Of a DNA stretch of 64,000 nt, positions 40,097-49,678 are shown one piece after another. A program made the position numbers and the translations under genes. The notes under the pieces were generated by a model, which did not search any database, was not told the origin of the DNA, and was given only the letters and a program-made list of their open reading frames with translations. The stretch's first letter is position 1, and the number at the start of each line of letters is the position of its first letter. Source of the stretch: an uncultured virus (IMG/VR IMGVR_UViG_3300034279_000829) (taxonomy: Duplodnaviria > Heunggongvirae > Uroviricota > Caudoviricetes); IMG/VR virus record IMGVR_UViG_3300034279_000829; one strand, given 5' to 3'.

Positions 40097-40443
40097 GCAG
40101 CGACAGCGGACACGCAGATGGCTGGAAAACTAGGGCAAGCCGGCTGGCGACACGCGGGCGTTCTCGGTTCTGGGAAATGGAATAGGGCGGGAAAAGCGAC
40201 ATATGGGGGCCAGAGGGTGGAAAAAATCCAGGGGTGGATATGACATGAATCCGTCTTCGCTCTGGGGGCGGGAGGGGGTGGGTGGGCGTGTTGCCTGCCT
40301 TCCCCCTCCTGCCCTAAGTCATTGCCCTGCCTACACTTACGTCACCCGCCCCGCAATCGGGCCGGGTTCGCCGGAATCCTTACAATGTTGGTCAACATTG
40401 TTTTCCCCGCGTGCCTGGCCTGCGTGCATGCCCCCCCCAAACG

Positions 40444-40483
40444 AGACCGGCCCCGCGACCATTGAAGGAAGCGGGGCCGGTCT
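40444..40483 (-). terminator. 13-bp hairpin downstream of ORF 40505..41263
   Basis: AGACCGGCCCCGC/GCGGGGCCGGTCT; weak U-tract. Confidence 0.45.
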
Positions 40484-40504
40484 GCTGCCGTTGTCGGGCT
40501 TGGC

Positions 40505-41263
40505 TCAGTCCACCTTAGCCCGCCATGTCGTACGGTTGGCTAGCTCTGCCACCGTCCATGGGCTGGCCGTCACCGGCTTCCGGCTTGGGACAAACCGGCC
40601 CCGTTCATCACGGCCCAGCATAGCCCAGCCCGCCAGACCTTCCGGCACGGCTGCCGTCCGGCTCTTGCCAATCTGACGGTTCGGCACGGTTCCCTTATAG
40701 GACACTCCGTAAATCTTGGCTTCCTCCCAACGGATGGCCGTATGGGTTTCATATCGACCCTCTACCACCAGCCACCGTTCGATTCTGTTACGGCCCCGGA
40801 TGGCTTTCCTGCGGGCCTTCCTTTGACGGTCTGAAACGTATCGCAGTCCCTTCCCGGCCTCTTCTTTGGCTATAAGAATCGCCAGTGGGGTAGGGGTCTG
40901 AGAGTCTTCGCTTGTGCCGGTTGACGGAGTTGCATCCCAGCCCTCCGCCTGCCGCTGCTTGGCTAGCTTGGCTTCGAACCGCCGCAGGGCCTGTTCGTCT
41001 GCCGTGTTGCCATGCCAGCCCCGGAGCCGCCAACGGCGGCCATGGGACGCCGCCGCGTGCTGATGGCTTTCGGGCGTCCATTCGGAATAATCGGCCGTCT
41101 GCCAGTCGTAGATAATTCTCGCCGCAACTTCCTCCCGGGCTTCCGGGGAGAGCGGGGAATGACAGTCCGGTTGAGAGTGTTTGGCGACATACCGTCGAAT
41201 GAAAAGCATCGCTTGGCGGGCTTCGATGTTAGAGATGGTAAGGGGGTTGTAGGTCATGGTCAT
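40505..41263 (-). CDS. Hypothetical protein, possibly sigma-like
   Basis: GGAGG RBS and own promoter motif; weak similarity by eye to sigma region 2 and linker. Confidence 0.6.
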   Translation of the reverse strand: MTMTYNPLTISNIEARQAMLFIRRYVAKHSQPDCHSPLSPEAREEVAARIIYDWQTADYSEWTPESHQHAAASHGRRWRLRGWHGNTADEQALRRFEAKLAKQRQAEGWDATPSTGTSEDSQTPTPLAILIAKEEAGKGLRYVSDRQRKARRKAIRGRNRIERWLVVEGRYETHTAIRWEEAKIYGVSYKGTVPNRQIGKSRTAAVPEGLAGWAMLGRDERGRFVPSRKPVTASPWTVAELANRTTWRAKVD

Positions 41264-41275
41264 GTCCTCCGTTAT

Positions 41276-41301
41276 TACTATTCACTGGGCCGGAACAATT
41301 C
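41276..41301 (-). promoter_or_regulatory. Promoter-like motif GAATTGTTCC-N6-GTGAATAGTA
   Basis: One of four near-identical intergenic copies. Confidence 0.7.
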
Positions 41302-41369
41302 CGGCCGCGCGTTCATATTTCTATCGGCTATCTATAGCCTAGTCAAGAAAAATCTTTTGCCGTTCCCAA

Positions 41370-41394
41370 GATTTGTTCCGGGCTTGTGAATAGT
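41370..41394 (+). promoter_or_regulatory. Promoter-like motif GATTTGTTCC-N6-GTGAATAGTA
   Basis: Divergent partner of the copy at 41276. Confidence 0.7.
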
Positions 41395-41541
41395 AATAGC
41401 GTCAACGAAAAACACTCCCCAACGGAGTGAATACGACGCAAACGCAGTGCGGGCTTCATGCCCGTTGCTGTGTGCGACCAGCGTTCGGGGCATGGTTGCT
41501 CTGAATACTGCGGGCAGTGAACATTCCGAAAAATCTTTCGG

Positions 41542-41567
41542 GATTTGTTCCTGACCAGTGAATAGTG
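41542..41567 (+). promoter_or_regulatory. Promoter-like motif GATTTGTTCC-N6-GTGAATAGTG
   Basis: Directly upstream of the structured non-coding region. Confidence 0.7.
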
Positions 41568-41594
41568 CATACGTTCACTCAACGGCCCTTCCGA

Positions 41595-42040
41595 CATGGG
41601 CAGTAGACGTATGACTACTGCGCATGCGGGCAGCACAAGGATGTGACTATGGCCTGGCAATACAACATGTGGACGGTGATTATTGCGGCCAGTATGGCTC
41701 TGCAGTTTGCGGCCAGCTGGAACGCTTGGTGACGGGATTCGATCCCGGGCAGGATGTGGCACCAGTAGTCTGCTGGAGCGTGGTGCCGCAGTAGTCCAGC
41801 CCTGCCCGGGTTCGGTTGCCGTTTGACGGGAACTGAATAGCCCCATATGGGCTGACTGTGCTGCCAATTCATTGCCGCTAGTGGCGATGAAGGCGCGGCT
41901 GCGTGGATTACGGACGGCGAGGGCCTTGGTCATGCCTATCAGCGGCGTGGAAGGCTAACCCTCAACAACGCCCCCGGATAGTTCGGCCCGGGGGTCCATG
42001 CAGCAAACGCACAGCATATGGGGCTATTCGGTTGCCGTTT
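41595..42040 (+). ncRNA. Candidate large structured RNA
   Basis: Many nested helices; most imperfect pairs are G-U on the + strand. Confidence 0.55.
41649..41732 (+). CDS. 27-aa hydrophobic peptide
   Basis: MAWQYNMWTVIIAASMALQFAASWNAW with AAGGA upstream. Confidence 0.4.
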   Translation: MAWQYNMWTVIIAASMALQFAASWNAW

Positions 42041-42072
42041 CTGGTAGCCGGCTTCTTTTCATGGAGGTGCAT

Positions 42073-42813
42073 ATGGCTCTACGCTATGCACCGGCCAACG
42101 CTAAGCTCTCCAATCTGGAGAAGCGGTTGGGCGTCAAGGTCTACTCCTTTGACATGCTGTCAGGGGTGACCTGCCCGTTTGCAAACGACTGCCATTCCAA
42201 AGTGGTTGTCGTTGACGGCAAGCGGACAATCGTTGACGGTCCCAACACGTTGTTCCGGTGTTTCTCCGCCTCGCAAGAGGTGGCGTATACGAACGTGTTT
42301 CTGGCCCGTCAGGCCAACACCGATGCGATCCTGCCGATTGCGGCTGATTCGGTGCTGGGGGCAGCCGATGCCCTGGCGGATGCCCTGCCGGACGATGCGG
42401 GCTGTGTCCGCATCCATGTGGCTGGGGATTTCAAGCTCCTCAACTACTTCGATGCATGGCTGGAGTTGGCGTATCGCAGGCCGGATGTCCGGTTCTACGC
42501 ATACACCAAGAGCCTGCCATTCTGGATCAAGCGTCGGGCGATCCTGCCTGACAACTTCCTGCTGACTGCGAGCAGGGGTGGCAAGGCGGACCATCTCATC
42601 GATGAGCATGGCCTGCGGGAAGCCCGCGTGGTGTTCTCTGAGCAGGAGGCAGATGACTTGGGACTGGAGATCGACCATGACGATAGTCATGCCGCTCTCC
42701 CCGGCCCGTCATTCGCCCTGCTGATCCATGGGGTTCAGCCCAAGGGATCAGAGGCCGGCAAGGCCGTGCGTGCCTTGCGGGGTGTGGGTTCTTACTCAAG
42801 GCAGAAGGTGTGA
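42073..42813 (+). CDS. Phage gp88-like (radical-SAM-related) protein
   Basis: GVTCPFA..C, CFSAS, RIHVAGDF, FYAYTKS. Confidence 0.75.
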   Translation: MALRYAPANAKLSNLEKRLGVKVYSFDMLSGVTCPFANDCHSKVVVVDGKRTIVDGPNTLFRCFSASQEVAYTNVFLARQANTDAILPIAADSVLGAADALADALPDDAGCVRIHVAGDFKLLNYFDAWLELAYRRPDVRFYAYTKSLPFWIKRRAILPDNFLLTASRGGKADHLIDEHGLREARVVFSEQEADDLGLEIDHDDSHAALPGPSFALLIHGVQPKGSEAGKAVRALRGVGSYSRQKV

Positions 42814-43463
42814 CATGCTGCGAACTAGCACGCTGATGGTGAAGATCACTTGGGATGACAGCGAGGTTGATCGCCCCGGTCGCTGGGACTGGGCAAGCCT
42901 CATCGATGTGGAGCGCGGCCATGTGGAAATCGTTGCGGACAGCGATGACCGCAGGCCGCTGGAAAACCTGGAGGAGGTGTGACATGTGGGCCGTGCGTAC
43001 AACTCGCAAGTATCTGGCGGTGTTCGATCACCGCTGGGAAGCCGAGCAGTGGTTGCGCGATTGGGTGTCCATCCATGGGTACCGCGCATACCTCGCAAGA
43101 ACGGAGAGGTGACATGGATTCCACGCGGCTCATGCGGTCGTATCGCCTGCTCTCGCTCACCAACGACAACTGGGAGGCGCTCAATCTAGCTTTCATGCTG
43201 GAGGGGATAGAGGAGCAGCAGTCCACGCCCCACTGGCCCGATGCCAGCACGGCGTGCGTGGATCGGGGCATCGCTTGGTGGAGCTGGATCGACTCGGAGT
43301 TGTACTACGGAGGTTGCGATGGCCGCAGCGCATAACTAGGAGGATCGCGATGAGGAAAACACCGGGCGCTAGCAAGGCCCATGGTAGCTGCGGCTACTGC
43401 AAACATCTCCGGAAGTTCGGCAAGCGGCTCGCCAACAAGGCGGGCCGTAAGTTTTTCCGGAAA

Positions 43464-43489
43464 GAATTGTCCCACGGTTGTGAGTAGTA
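43464..43489 (+). promoter_or_regulatory. Promoter-like motif GAATTGTCCC-N6-GTGAGTAGTA
   Basis: Upstream of the acidic protein/GATase/amidoligase operon. Confidence 0.65.
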
Positions 43490-43517
43490 ACAGTGTCAAC
43501 CAACCAACGAGGTTCAA

Positions 43518-43943
43518 ATGAAACTGAAGGAACGGTTCGATGCGTGGGTGCAAGGCATGGTGGATGCTGCGGTGGCGCGGCACATGCCGGATCGCGAGAC
43601 GGTGATTATCAATGCCATCCGCGGTATCGACCGCAAGGACTTGGCGTGGCATGTGGACACCCCTGACTTTCGCCAGAACGTGGCGCAGTTTGTGAAGGAG
43701 GGGCTGGAGGATGACATCGACACCGACGAGATCATTCGCAAGGTGGTCAGTCAGATCGATGCGTCCGATGTCGCATCGCACATCGACACTAGCGATGTCG
43801 CGTGCTACCTGGACATCGACACATCCGAAATAGCCGACCGGGTCATGGATGACCTGGACATGGATTCGTTGGCCGAGGAACTGGACTACGACAAGCTGGC
43901 AGTGGCGCTGGTTTGCAAGCTGAAGGAAGCGTGGACTAACTAA
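43518..43943 (+). CDS. Acidic repeat protein
   Basis: Repeated (I/L)D.(S/D)(D/E/K)(V/I/L)A units. Confidence 0.75.
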   Translation: MKLKERFDAWVQGMVDAAVARHMPDRETVIINAIRGIDRKDLAWHVDTPDFRQNVAQFVKEGLEDDIDTDEIIRKVVSQIDASDVASHIDTSDVACYLDIDTSEIADRVMDDLDMDSLAEELDYDKLAVALVCKLKEAWTN

Positions 43944-43961
43944 CCAGAAGGGGTAACAAGC

Positions 43962-44744
43962 ATGTGTCTAGCGGTTTACAAGCCTTCCACGGTACTCCCA
44001 GACTGGGATGCCTTGGAGGAGGGGTTCAAGTGCAACTCCCACGGAGCAGGCTTTGCCGTGGCGACTGCCGGGTCCATCCAGGTTCACAAGGGATTCTTCA
44101 CGTTCGATGAGTTTGCCCGGGCGTATGAGCCGTTTGCCGACAAGCAGGCGCTCATCCACTTCCGACTGGCAACGCATGGCAATCGCGGGCCGGACATGTG
44201 CCACCCGTTCATGGTGACAGACGAAATCGCCATGATCCACAACGGCATCCTGCCCATCGATACCTCTGATGACAAGGACAAGTCGGACACATGGCACTAC
44301 GTGGAGTACATCCTCAAGCCATTGGCCGAGCGTGATCGGGACTTCTATTCCGACAACGCAATCAAGTTCCTTGGTGAAGCTGCGATCAGCGGGTCCAAGT
44401 TTGCCTTCCTGCGTGCAGATGGCGACTGGACTATCTGGAACAGCGAGGACGGCCACTGGAGTGGCGACATCTGGTACTCCAACCGGAGCTACGTCAAAAG
44501 CCACATCGGTTTCTCGCGGTGGCCGAAAGCGGAAACGCCGCCGGTGATCGATGTCCCCGCGTTCGATGACCCGGGGGAGAGTCGGTACTACGACTCGCTC
44601 TGCAAGTCCGACCAGTGGGAGTACGAGGATCTGCTGGAGGATGGGTTCTCTGCCGAGGAACTGGATGAGTACATCGCGATGGATGGTCGCTCAGCGCTGA
44701 AGTATCTGAAACGGATGCACAAGTACGACGAGGAGAACGTATGA
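43962..44744 (+). CDS. Class II (Ntn) glutamine amidotransferase
   Basis: N-terminal MC, N.HGAG, HFRLATHG, CHPF, HNG, SDT. Confidence 0.9.
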   Translation: MCLAVYKPSTVLPDWDALEEGFKCNSHGAGFAVATAGSIQVHKGFFTFDEFARAYEPFADKQALIHFRLATHGNRGPDMCHPFMVTDEIAMIHNGILPIDTSDDKDKSDTWHYVEYILKPLAERDRDFYSDNAIKFLGEAAISGSKFAFLRADGDWTIWNSEDGHWSGDIWYSNRSYVKSHIGFSRWPKAETPPVIDVPAFDDPGESRYYDSLCKSDQWEYEDLLEDGFSAEELDEYIAMDGRSALKYLKRMHKYDEENV

Positions 44745-45913
44745 CCACAACAAATACCGAGGCGGGAGTCCTTTGCGAGGACGGGGAAACCCGTCCTCTT
44801 TCTGTTTGTAGGCAGGATGTCGATGGGCGGTGGTGGGACGAGGATGACTGCGTTGAGGTGGACGGCAGCTACTACCGCACCTCCGACTCTCGCGTCTGCT
44901 ATGTGGAGTCGCGAGACGAGTGGCACCTGACCGACGATTGCCTCCTCGTTCGCGGCTCTTGGGAGCATGAGAATGACGCTAGCTACTGCCCCATCTGCAG
45001 TCGCGGGACGCTGGACGATGACCTGGTTAGCGATCCCAACGGGGATAGCATCTGCGAGCGGTGCTACGACAATCACTGCACAAGCTGCTGCAACTGCGGC
45101 GATGTTCAGTGGGATGACGATTGCAACCTGGACGAGGACGGGTATTGCCCCGAGTGTTCAGACGCGCCGCCGCGTTCTCTTGTCTCTAGCTACAGCGACA
45201 AGTCTGCCAACCGACTGCGTTCCGAAACCAAGGACAAGCTGCGGTTCGGGATTGAGTTGGAGGTGGAGGGGTATGAGTCCACCACGCAGGCCGCCGAGTA
45301 CATCCGGCAGTTCCTGCCCGATACCTACTGCACCCTCAAGCGGGACGGCAGTCTGGGTGATTCGGGCGTGGAGATTGTGACTCGTCCGGACAGCATGGCC
45401 GTTCACAAGCGGATGTTCGGCACGCTGTTCAAAGATTCTCCGGGGCGTGCGTTGTCTAGCTGGAACACGGGGCGCTGCGGCATGCACGTTCACATCTCCC
45501 GGGCTGCGCTCTCGCAGTTGCAGATCGGCAAGATGATGTGCTTCCTCAATGAGCCTGCGGCAGTGAACTTCATCAGCAAAGTCGCAGGCCGCAAGCCGTG
45601 CAACTGGTGCAAGGTACACAAGAAAAAGATCGGTGACTTCAAGCGGGACCATGATCGGTACACCGCACTGAATACCACCGGCTCACACACCGTGGAGGTG
45701 CGCATCTTCAAGGGGACACTGGCGGAGGCCGGGTTCATGAAGAACCTGGAGTTTGTTCAGGCACTGGTGGAGTTCACCGCTCCTGCCAATCGGTCAATCG
45801 CACAGGCTACCTCGCACCGTGCCTTCTGCGAGTGGCTCCCCAAGAAAGCCTACCCCCACCTGCATGCGTTCCTGGTTTCCAAGGGTTTTATTCGTCGCCG
45901 CAATGCGGCCTAA
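44741..45913 (+). CDS. Phage amidoligase (COOH-NH2 ligase) with N-terminal Cys-rich repeats
   Basis: FGIELEVE, KRDGSL, EIVT, CGMHVH, RYTALN, TVEVRIF. Confidence 0.9.
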   Translation: MTTTNTEAGVLCEDGETRPLSVCRQDVDGRWWDEDDCVEVDGSYYRTSDSRVCYVESRDEWHLTDDCLLVRGSWEHENDASYCPICSRGTLDDDLVSDPNGDSICERCYDNHCTSCCNCGDVQWDDDCNLDEDGYCPECSDAPPRSLVSSYSDKSANRLRSETKDKLRFGIELEVEGYESTTQAAEYIRQFLPDTYCTLKRDGSLGDSGVEIVTRPDSMAVHKRMFGTLFKDSPGRALSSWNTGRCGMHVHISRAALSQLQIGKMMCFLNEPAAVNFISKVAGRKPCNWCKVHKKKIGDFKRDHDRYTALNTTGSHTVEVRIFKGTLAEAGFMKNLEFVQALVEFTAPANRSIAQATSHRAFCEWLPKKAYPHLHAFLVSKGFIRRRNAA

Positions 45914-45928
45914 GCAAGGAGGTTGATT

Positions 45929-46219
45929 ATGGGCAAGGTAAATGAAAAGCAGTTTCTCCGCACCATCACCCGTCACTGGATGGCGGGTAGTACCCTCACC
46001 GCCGCCGCCGCGGACCTGAACATCACCGTGGCGTCCGCAAGTTCACGGCTCAAGCATCTCAGGATGCGAGGCGTGGCTAACGTCAGCGGCTGGGGTATCC
46101 CTCGCCGGCAGCGAAAGGTGGCGGCACGCAAGTCCGTCGCCAAGGTGGACGTTGCCAAGGCAGCTAGGCCGTCCGCTAATGGGTGGGTGTTCTATGTGGG
46201 GCATCCGGCGGCAGTGTAA
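45929..46219 (+). CDS. HTH-like DNA-binding protein
   Basis: TLTAAAADLNITVASASSRLKHLR. Confidence 0.55.
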   Translation: MGKVNEKQFLRTITRHWMAGSTLTAAAADLNITVASASSRLKHLRMRGVANVSGWGIPRRQRKVAARKSVAKVDVAKAARPSANGWVFYVGHPAAV

Positions 46220-46269
46220 TTCTGTACACTCTTACATCTGAGGTGAGCAATGCGACTGGGATCTGAGAC

Positions 46270-49200
46270 TGGCAGCGCGATGAACCATGTGTACACAACC
46301 AGCACCCAGCCTGACCCAGAGGTTGGCATGGGGGCGACGATGTGTTCTTGGACTGACCGTCACGCCGGGACGATTGTCAAAGTCACGCCGTGTCAGGTGC
46401 ATGTGCAAGAGGACACGGCCAAGCGAACGGATAAGAACGGCATGAGCGAGTGTCAGCGGTACGAGTACACGCCTAACCCGCATGCGCCGATCATTATCTT
46501 CCGCCATACCAAGCGAGGGTGGCGCAGCAAGTGCGGGACGGGGCTGATGATTGGCGTGCGCATGGAATACTACGACTACTCTTTCTGAGAGGTGAGCGAT
46601 GAGCAAGGAAGCAGCGTTCTGGTTTCACTACAACAAACCCGAAGCCAGCAGGCGCGGACATCCGGTGATGACGGTTCATTACCGGGGTGCGTGTCACATG
46701 GTCAGGAGTATTCAGTGTGCCGTGCCAATCACTACCCGTGAGCGCACCAGTCAACCGCGGGTAGTGATGGCCGGCAAGGGGGCGATTGAGTTTGCCGATG
46801 ACACGGCTTACATACGAAACGGAGGTGAGTGATGCGGATGGGCAAGGCGTTGGCTGAGAAGTTCTGCGATTACGTTTGCAGCGAGGATGCCGAGTTCTAC
46901 TACGACGCTTTCTGCAGCTGGTTGGCAACCAACTGCGAGCGCGTGGGGACGCAAGGCTTTTCCGATCTTGCGTTTTATGTTCGGGAGTGCGGCCACAAGA
47001 GCAGCACGCATGCGCTCTACCGATTGGTGAGCGTGATGGACGGAGAGATGAGCCGAGACAAGGAGTTCATCGGCCGCGTGAGCCGGGCGTTTGAGGCGTG
47101 CGCCGAGCGGTTCGGCGTGCAAGAGGCTGACATCATTCGGAGGTGAGAGATGGCACATACACCGGGACCGTGGGACTATCAGAACGACACCATCGCCAGC
47201 ACGCATGGTGACATAGCACGGGTTCACTACCAGAGTAGCCGTGCCAAGAAGGGGTGGGATGATCGACCACTCATTGCCGCTGCACCGGATCTACTGTCTG
47301 CACTGAAGGCTCATCTCCCATGGGATGAGGACTACGGGCCAGTGCAGGGGTGGGGGATCTGGCAGGATGCCATCGATGCAATCCACAAGGCAGAAGGGAG
47401 GGGCCATGAGTGACATCAAGTTCAGCGGTGTCTTGGAGGACTTTCACACAGGCGACAATACCAAAGTGCCTTTCACTGTGGTGCTGGCAGAGGGCGGCAC
47501 CCTTTGGTTTGGTGCCGAAGGTTACGGGGACTGCGGTTCTCAAGATGGCTGCGGCCTGCCCGTCAAGGTTGAGTGGTATGAGGGCCAGCTTTGGGTGGTG
47601 GTGTGGGCGGACATCAACAGCGAAGACCCCACCCACAAGATTTCACTGAATGGCGCCAAGGAATCAGGCAGGAGGTGTGACTGATGGCTATCTACCGGGT
47701 GCTTGGGTACTACCGGGACAACGGACAAATCTACGACGGCGAGGTGGAGGGCAAGGATGTGGACGAGGCTGTCGCTGGCCTGCGGGAAGCGATATACGAC
47801 ACCGACCGAGATAATCTGATGGTGATAGCCGTGCTTGATGACGCAGGCGACAACCTGCACGGCAGCGACAAGGCGTTCCCGATCACGGAGTGGGAGCAGG
47901 TTCCTTAACAAGGAGGACAGGGATGTCTATGCTGGATGTCTGGAGTGACGAGACGATTGAGACTGCCATTCGCCTGCTGGTCTGCGCCGAGCGGTTATTG
48001 GAACCGTTCCGTGACCAGGAGGGCGACTGGGGTGGGGTGCATGAGCAGATCACTAGGTTCTTAAAGGAGGAGTGCTGATGGCTGACATTGCGGAAGTGCG
48101 GGCCGACATATCCGAGATGGTGCGGGCGATCCGCATCAATGGGTGCGTGCCTCTTATGCGAGAGGCTTTGCTGTGGTGGAGGGAGTACCTCCTCGCAAAC
48201 CAGGAGTACGGCTTGTCGGCCGCAGACAAGCAGGCATATGAGACTACCTACAAGCAGTTGTTTTTTCTGTTGACTGAAGTGTTCCCCGAGGAGGCTGTTA
48301 ATGACTGACGCACAGATTCTGCAAGAGTTCTTTGACGTTCCCGGTATCGGCAAGAAGATGGGGTGCCCCATCTCAGTTGACGATCTCGTCATGTCGGCAT
48401 CAGGTCTGCGCGATCTAGGCGCTCAGCCTGGGACCAGCCCTCGCGACATCATCAGCTGCCTAAACAGACTGTTGCTGGCCATCGGCCCGCACAACCTGCT
48501 CGTTCTCGCTGACGTTCCAGCGCGGTGCGATGACCACTGGGCCAGCTGGTGCCCCTCTCCTGCTGGCGTGCATCTACACCAGGCAGAATGCCCGGCCGGC
48601 ACTACCCCGCTGTGGTCTAACGGCACGGCCACTGTGTTCTATCGCTTGACCAAAGACAAGCATGGCAACGATGTCATGGACTTTGGCGTTCACCCTGCGT
48701 AAAGGATTGCACCATGTACAAGGATGTACTTCAGGTCTTGCATGTGCTGGCTACCGCTATACTCATGTTGTTGGTGGGCCAGCTGAAGGAGATGTGTCTC
48801 AAGATAATGGGAGGTGAGTGATGGCTAAGACGAGGGAGGTTTACCCAACGGTTGGCGAACTGCTGACTTGGATCGAACAGGAGTCTGTGCCAGCCAGTTG
48901 GTCGATGCGCCGCGTGGAGTATGGCATTGAGTTTCGTAGCCCAGATGGGGCGAGCTTGGGCTTTTCATTGGTGCCCGAAGACGAGGAGGTGAGTGATGGC
49001 ATTCGCTAAGCACAGATACATTGCGTTCGACTACGCAGAGGGGCATGCCTACCCGTATGTCTGCACTGCATGGCGCATGGTGGGCGGGATGAATGTCGGG
49101 GATCGGTTCACTGAGCAGGTCGGAGAGGTGATCATCGAAGCACTGCGAGAGGATGGCATTACGATTGATGTCACGCAGTCAAAGCCACAGGAGGTTAAGT

Positions 49201-49579
49201 GATGGCTAAGCGCAAGGCACGGCCCAGGCTCACAATGCTGGGCACCATGAGGATTAACCTGACTTTTCATGTAGCGCAAGTGCAAGATGCGGCGGGCGAT
49301 AGCGTCTACGTTATGTCGCGTGCTGTGCTGGATTATCTGGGCATCCGCAAGCCACGGCGATGCGCGTGGTTCTCCGGGTCTGGGCATTTGTGTTTTTTGA
49401 CTGAGGATGAATGGGAACTTGTTGATGGCCTGGCGACTGATGCCAATGTAGATCTGATCCCGTTCGATGGCGTTTGGGAACTGGCGGATGATCCGGAGTG
49501 CGAGGCCATGGATGTGTACGAATGGGCGGCGGCTTGCTGCAAAGTCAAGCATCCGCGCGGCAAGACCAAGATCCAATAG
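46270..49579 (+). other. Cluster of about a dozen small early hypothetical ORFs
   Basis: Tightly packed ORFs, most with GAGG/GGAGGT RBS (e.g. 46599, 47150 MAHTPGPW, 47684, 48301, 48818, 49199). Confidence 0.7.
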
Positions 49580-49678
49580 GGAGGTGACTGATGTTTGCAA
49601 TGAGTGAGACGATGGACTTTCTGTTGGGCGGCGCCAGTGTGCTGCTCATTCTGTGGTGGTCCTCCTTGGAGTAGTGCC

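Noticed and set aside
41426..41520. ~30-codon Cys-rich ORF between two promoter motifs
   Set aside because: The GTG start overlaps its putative SD and there is no supporting evidence.
40100..42070. CRISPR array or mini-array
   Set aside because: The repeats are irregularly spaced, partly inverted and promoter-like; no cas genes.
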